Of a stretch of DNA of 64,000 nt, positions 59,581 through 64,000 are shown piece after piece. Below the pieces are notes generated by a model. It made no database searches. It was given only the letters and a program-made list of their open reading frames with translations, and was not told where the DNA came from. The position numbers and the translations under genes are program-made. How positions within the stretch are numbered: the first letter of the stretch is position 1; each line of letters opens with the position of its first letter. The stretch is taken from the NCBI RefSeq assembly GCF_009914755.1, contig NC_060927.1; one strand, given 5' to 3'. The stretch is from the human T2T-CHM13v2.0 reference genome, Homo sapiens.

Positions 59581-60039
59581 CCCACAGCAAATATGATACA
59601 TTATTTAGGAGAATAACAAACTATCCTTGGGAAGTTACACAAAAGAAACCAAGGCACTTTTCCTGTATTCTGTATGCTTTAGGTTAGAACCAGCCTCATC
59701 CTGTCCAAGGTGTTTCAGCTATAGCCCTGTATGGTACCGGCTGTGTTCAGAATAATGCCTGCAATTCCTGATGGCATTTCCCTGATTTCACTTATTATAT
59801 CTATAGATTTAAGGTAAGATTCTTAACAAAATCAAAGGCTCTTCTGGGAAAAGACAATAACTAGAAACTCTGAGCATTGTAAATCTCACAGCCTATTGCA
59901 TTTTAAGAAAGTGTAGTAAATATAATGAAAGAACTTCAAAGAACTACTCACAGTTCAGTTTGCAGCATGTTAGAATATTTCCATTTGAGGCCCTTTGGAA
60001 AGGCATTTGGACTGTAACTTTAGTAATTGCAATGAAGTT

Positions 60040-60135
60040 AAGAGTTTACAGTGGATTTAAAGTCAGAGAGTCTTGGATTAAAATCTTTGCTGTGTCACTT
60101 TCCTGAACCTCAGTTTTCTCATCTCTAAAATGGTG
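60040..60135 (+). mobile_element. MIR core
   Basis: CTGAACCTCAGTTTTCTCATCTCTAAAATGG. Confidence 0.75.
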
Positions 60136-60477
60136 GCTAATGTAAAAATAGCAGCAGCAATGAGTCAGTGGTTGTTAGGCACTAAGCAATGTTCTAAGTG
60201 CTTTACAGTCATGTCTTTCTTTATGCTCATAGAGCTCTTTACACAATGCATGGCACATATTAGAAAGCCAATTTGTTTGCTTGTTTCGTTTTGTTTTTGA
60301 AATGAGGACAGGGACTCTGACAAATTCATCTTTAACATTATAAGGGAAACTAAGAATCTGTCTTAAAACTAGGAGTCTGTGTTAAGGAATCACTGGATAT
60401 TTGGATTTTATTTTCTCATTTTCCTATTAGTTCATTAATTCTCACTTAATTGCATGCTTTTGTGTCCTATCATGACC

Positions 60478-60560
60478 AGGAACTTGTTTTCCTGTCCACC
60501 TTCTTGTTTTCAGGAACCTGTTTTTCAGGAACCTGTTTTCTTGTCCACCTTCTTGTTTTC
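60478..60560. repeat. Complex tandem duplication (34-15-34 bp)
   Basis: AGGAACTTGTTTTCCTGTCCACCTTCTTGTTTTC / AGGAACCTGTTTTTC / AGGAACCTGTTTTCTTGTCCACCTTCTTGTTTTC. Confidence 0.92.
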
Positions 60561-63500
60561 CCACGTTATTTCCTTCAAAAACCTCATGGCCTCTCTTCTC
60601 CTGGGTCCCAGGCACTGGAGGGTGGGACTTGCTGCCTGTAGGTGCAACCTGAACCCAGTACTCCTACACCAGGGTTAGGAGTTAGTGCTTCTGGTAGGAA
60701 TAAAGTTACGTTCAAGCATGCATGTACACATGCACGCACACACACCCACACAAGTTAAATCATATATATGAGTTATAGTAAAATCATTTAAATGAATTTA
60801 CAAGTTTATGTAAAATATCAAACTTTTCAAAAGATAATGATTTATGGTGTCAAAGGTAACGTGCTCGTTGAAGAATACTGGGAAAATAGAGAATATATTT
60901 AGAGAGAAATCATAATCTCAGTAACAGAAAGAGTAAGTAACATTGTATTCTTTCTTTCTAAATATGCTTAACTTAATTCATGTGATTTTGTATCTTTTAA
61001 AAATATGCTTTTCTGCTATAGATTGACATTGAAAGAAAAAAGACATTTAAGTTTCTTGTGATTCACAATAGTAAAACATGGCACTCTTACTTGACAAAGG
61101 AGAAGCCACTGCAGAAAGTGATTTTAGTCCAAAATCGTGTTTCTAACAATATTTGAATAGAACAGTTATGCAACTGCCTCTCCTAGAGTGTATTAGACAA
61201 GTCAAGAGGCTCTTGCAGCCACTGAAGAGATACTGAGGGCTGGGCGAATGTGGAAGCCACTTGGACCAAGAGAAGGTGGTGTGCTGGGCTGAGTGGGGGA
61301 TTCCTACCACCTGGGTCTTGCAGGGTGGTGGTCAGGAATGGGTATAGTATAGCCACAGCCTGTGTGCTGGAGAACAAAAAGCATGAAGCAATAACTCTGT
61401 AAGAGTAGTTACCCTTTGAAAATAAGTGGATACAATGAGCTCAAGCTCAATAGAAGAGTTAAGGTAACAAACATGCTTGCTCTCTGATATTAGGAGGTTT
61501 TTAAAGGCTACAGATGTTAAGACTTCCCTGAAGCCTTGAAACCCTTGGGTAAACACAACAGAAAGATGTGGGTGTGCTGGAGCCTGTGGTTATTTGATGC
61601 TGGAACCCAAGGTGTGACGTGTTTAAGGCCTTAACTTCAGAATAAAATGGAAAACTGAAGTTAAAGTGGACTAATAATGGCTGAGGTTTAATGGTAATAC
61701 TGAATTTAAATTTCTTTCAACTTTGCCCTAAGTTACGTATGTATGTCTCTTTCCTCTGCTTTGTGTGCGCTCCAATTACCTTTCCACACAGCACACAAAA
61801 TGATCTTGTAAAGAAGTAAATCAAGTCTCATCACTTGCCTGCTTAAAGTTTTCCTAAATGGCCTCCTGGATGTGGCTGCTATGACCCTCCTTTCATCATC
61901 CTCAGCTTCAGTGACCTTCCTGAACCTCTACTGGGCTGCTCCAACCTCAATTCTGCCTCTCCAACCCCTTCCTCTGGTTGATGTCAGTTCTCAGCTTGGT
62001 GTCACTGCATCCTGGAAAAAGACAGACACAAGCCCACAAAAAGATAGATGCACAGTGTTCATTTAAAAAGAGAATGAGTTTTCCCAGATCTCCAGGTACT
62101 TGCAGTGGTCTATGTGGCCAGGCAAATATTTATGATAATTTACACACAAACATATATATAGGTACACACAGACACAGACACACACACACACAACACAATA
62201 TCATTTCCAGGAGTGTAAAGACATTTGATCTTTAGAATGACTTAAAACGAAAACTAGATGAGCATATGTGTGAGGCTGAAAGTAGTTGTGAGTTGCAGGT
62301 AGATAGCTGAGGTTAGATCAGCAGCATATTTACATAGTATTAAAATTAGTAGAGGAGATACTGGTAAGGAAGAAAAAGCAGTACGGAGTTTGTAGAGACA
62401 TTTGCTGCAAGATTTTAATGTGAATCTCAGTAAGCATGACTCCTCGGAGGAAAATGCCTGAGAGGATATCCCATTTATTCGTTCGTTTCCTTCAACCATA
62501 TATCTTCCTTCATACTAAAAAAAAAAAAAAAATTAAAACAGCTTTTGACTTTCCCAGAACTGGCTTTAAGCATAAATTCTTTTCCTAAAGAAAAAATTAG
62601 GAAAGATCGGTATTGGAAACATCTGGGTAACCATTCAGAGAGCCCTGTGCTGTAGTGGACCCATCCATCCTTCATCCTTCCATCCATCATTGGCCTAAAA
62701 TATATTAAATACCAGCTAAATTCCAGATGCTATGTTAAGGACTGGGCATTCCAGGACAAATATTCTTTCCCATTGTGGGGGATGAGCTTAAGCTATGAAA
62801 CAGTCTCATGTTATAAAATAATGATTGGATTGAGAAGGAAGACAGGAAAGAAACCCTTCCCTTCTTCCTTGGGTACTCTTTTCCTCACCTTGTCTGTGAA
62901 AACAAAAAGCAAGTCTCTAATGTGAGAGGTTTCCACTTGGCTCTAAGTACAGCACCCAAATTAAAGTCAGAGTTCAATAACAGTTTATTAAATGAATAAA
63001 TGAACATACAAATTACTATATCCCAAAGCCTTCAGGGATCCAAATTTGAGAATATAATAATGACATTTTCTTCTACAAAGTCAAAATATAATCAATGAAA
63101 TAATCTTTTCAGAAGGGAGCAGAGGGTAAGTGTCAAGTTGAGAAGAACTTCCATGATTAGCTTTCTTCCCAACTCAGACCATCTAATCTTTTTCTGCTAA
63201 GGGTCACCCAGGGCCACCTCTGTTGTGCCTTCTCCTGAACTCATCCTGTCCCCTGCCACTTGTCATACTTCATCCCAACCCTCAATCCTCAGCCAGTTTT
63301 GTCTCAGTCCTGAACTTCAGAACACTCTCCCTCTTCCTGGGCCTTCCCCTCTCATGCTCCTCTTTCCACCTTCATTTACTGGCTAAGAAACTCGCACACT
63401 ACAGCTTCTGCACAGCAGATTTCAAGTTAAGGCCTCCTCATAATGAGGAATGATGATGTGATGTGGGCGACTCAAGGGACTACTATACTTCACAATATAA

Positions 63501-63832
63501 GGGAACTCCTTGCTGTGGGCTTTTATCCACATCTGTATTTACCCACTCCTTCTCAGAAACCTGTGTCTATAGGAAACAATCTATAAAACTAATCACTGCT
63601 GAGGTGCAGCTGATTGATAATGACTTAACTTTCCCTAGGCAAATTAGCCTTTTAAAGTGGGCTCATAGAAAAACAATGCCTCAGTGCACTCTTGTGGTAG
63701 AACGTGGGGTTTTGTAGCAGGCTGCTGAGGAGGATCTATTTGAGCTGTGGTTTTTCCTGATGATGATCTTCGATCAAGAGCAGGCAAAAAAGACTGCTTA
63801 CATCTGAGCCTGCAGAACATTGACTCCATCTA

Positions 63833-64000
63833 TGCATTTATTCCTCACCCTTGCATAGAGTTCCTATTATGTACCAATACTGTATTAGGCTTATAACGAG
63901 GAGGAAAAACAGCTCTACCTCAAAGAGCTAAGAGTCTAGTTGGTATATAGACGTACAAGTGGATCAGTATGACATAACATTTTAAGTGGAATGATAAAGA
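63833..64000 (-). mobile_element. L2 3' end
   Basis: ATGCATTTATTC...CCTATTATGTACCAATACTGTATTAGG...CCTCAAAGAGCTAAGAGTCTAGTTGG. Confidence 0.6.

Overview
Primate (human/great-ape-like) non-coding genomic DNA, AT-rich and dominated by interspersed repeats. No protein-coding gene, tRNA, rRNA or CRISPR array is supportable; the longer ORFs in the track are retroelement relics or chance frames. Layout: (1-1 kb) young L1PA2-like 3' end and an old L1 fragment; (4.1-14.9 kb) an ancient L1M retaining both ends, inserted in an L2 and carrying about nine nested insertions, including a twin-primed 5'-inverted L1PA; (about 20.9-26 kb) a ~5 kb tract with no recognisable transposon, retained CpGs, homeodomain/TCF/POU motifs and several stem-loops, resembling a conserved non-coding enhancer block; (29.9-31.3 kb) a solo LTR12 whose promoter points at that block, bracketed by a locally templated ~130-bp duplication and a palindrome; (32-41 kb) decayed L2/MIR/MER; (44.5-48.7 kb) an older L1PA and an MST MaLR provirus; (49-64 kb) Alus, MaLR LTRs, MIR/L2 and a second repeat-poor stretch. 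Subfamily calls come from recalled consensus diagnostics, not a database search. I cannot demonstrate a new biological system. The best leads are the TE-free block with its twin hairpin and adjacent micro-exon signal, the LTR12-driven minus-strand transcript hypothesis, and several template-switch or tailless-insertion scars.
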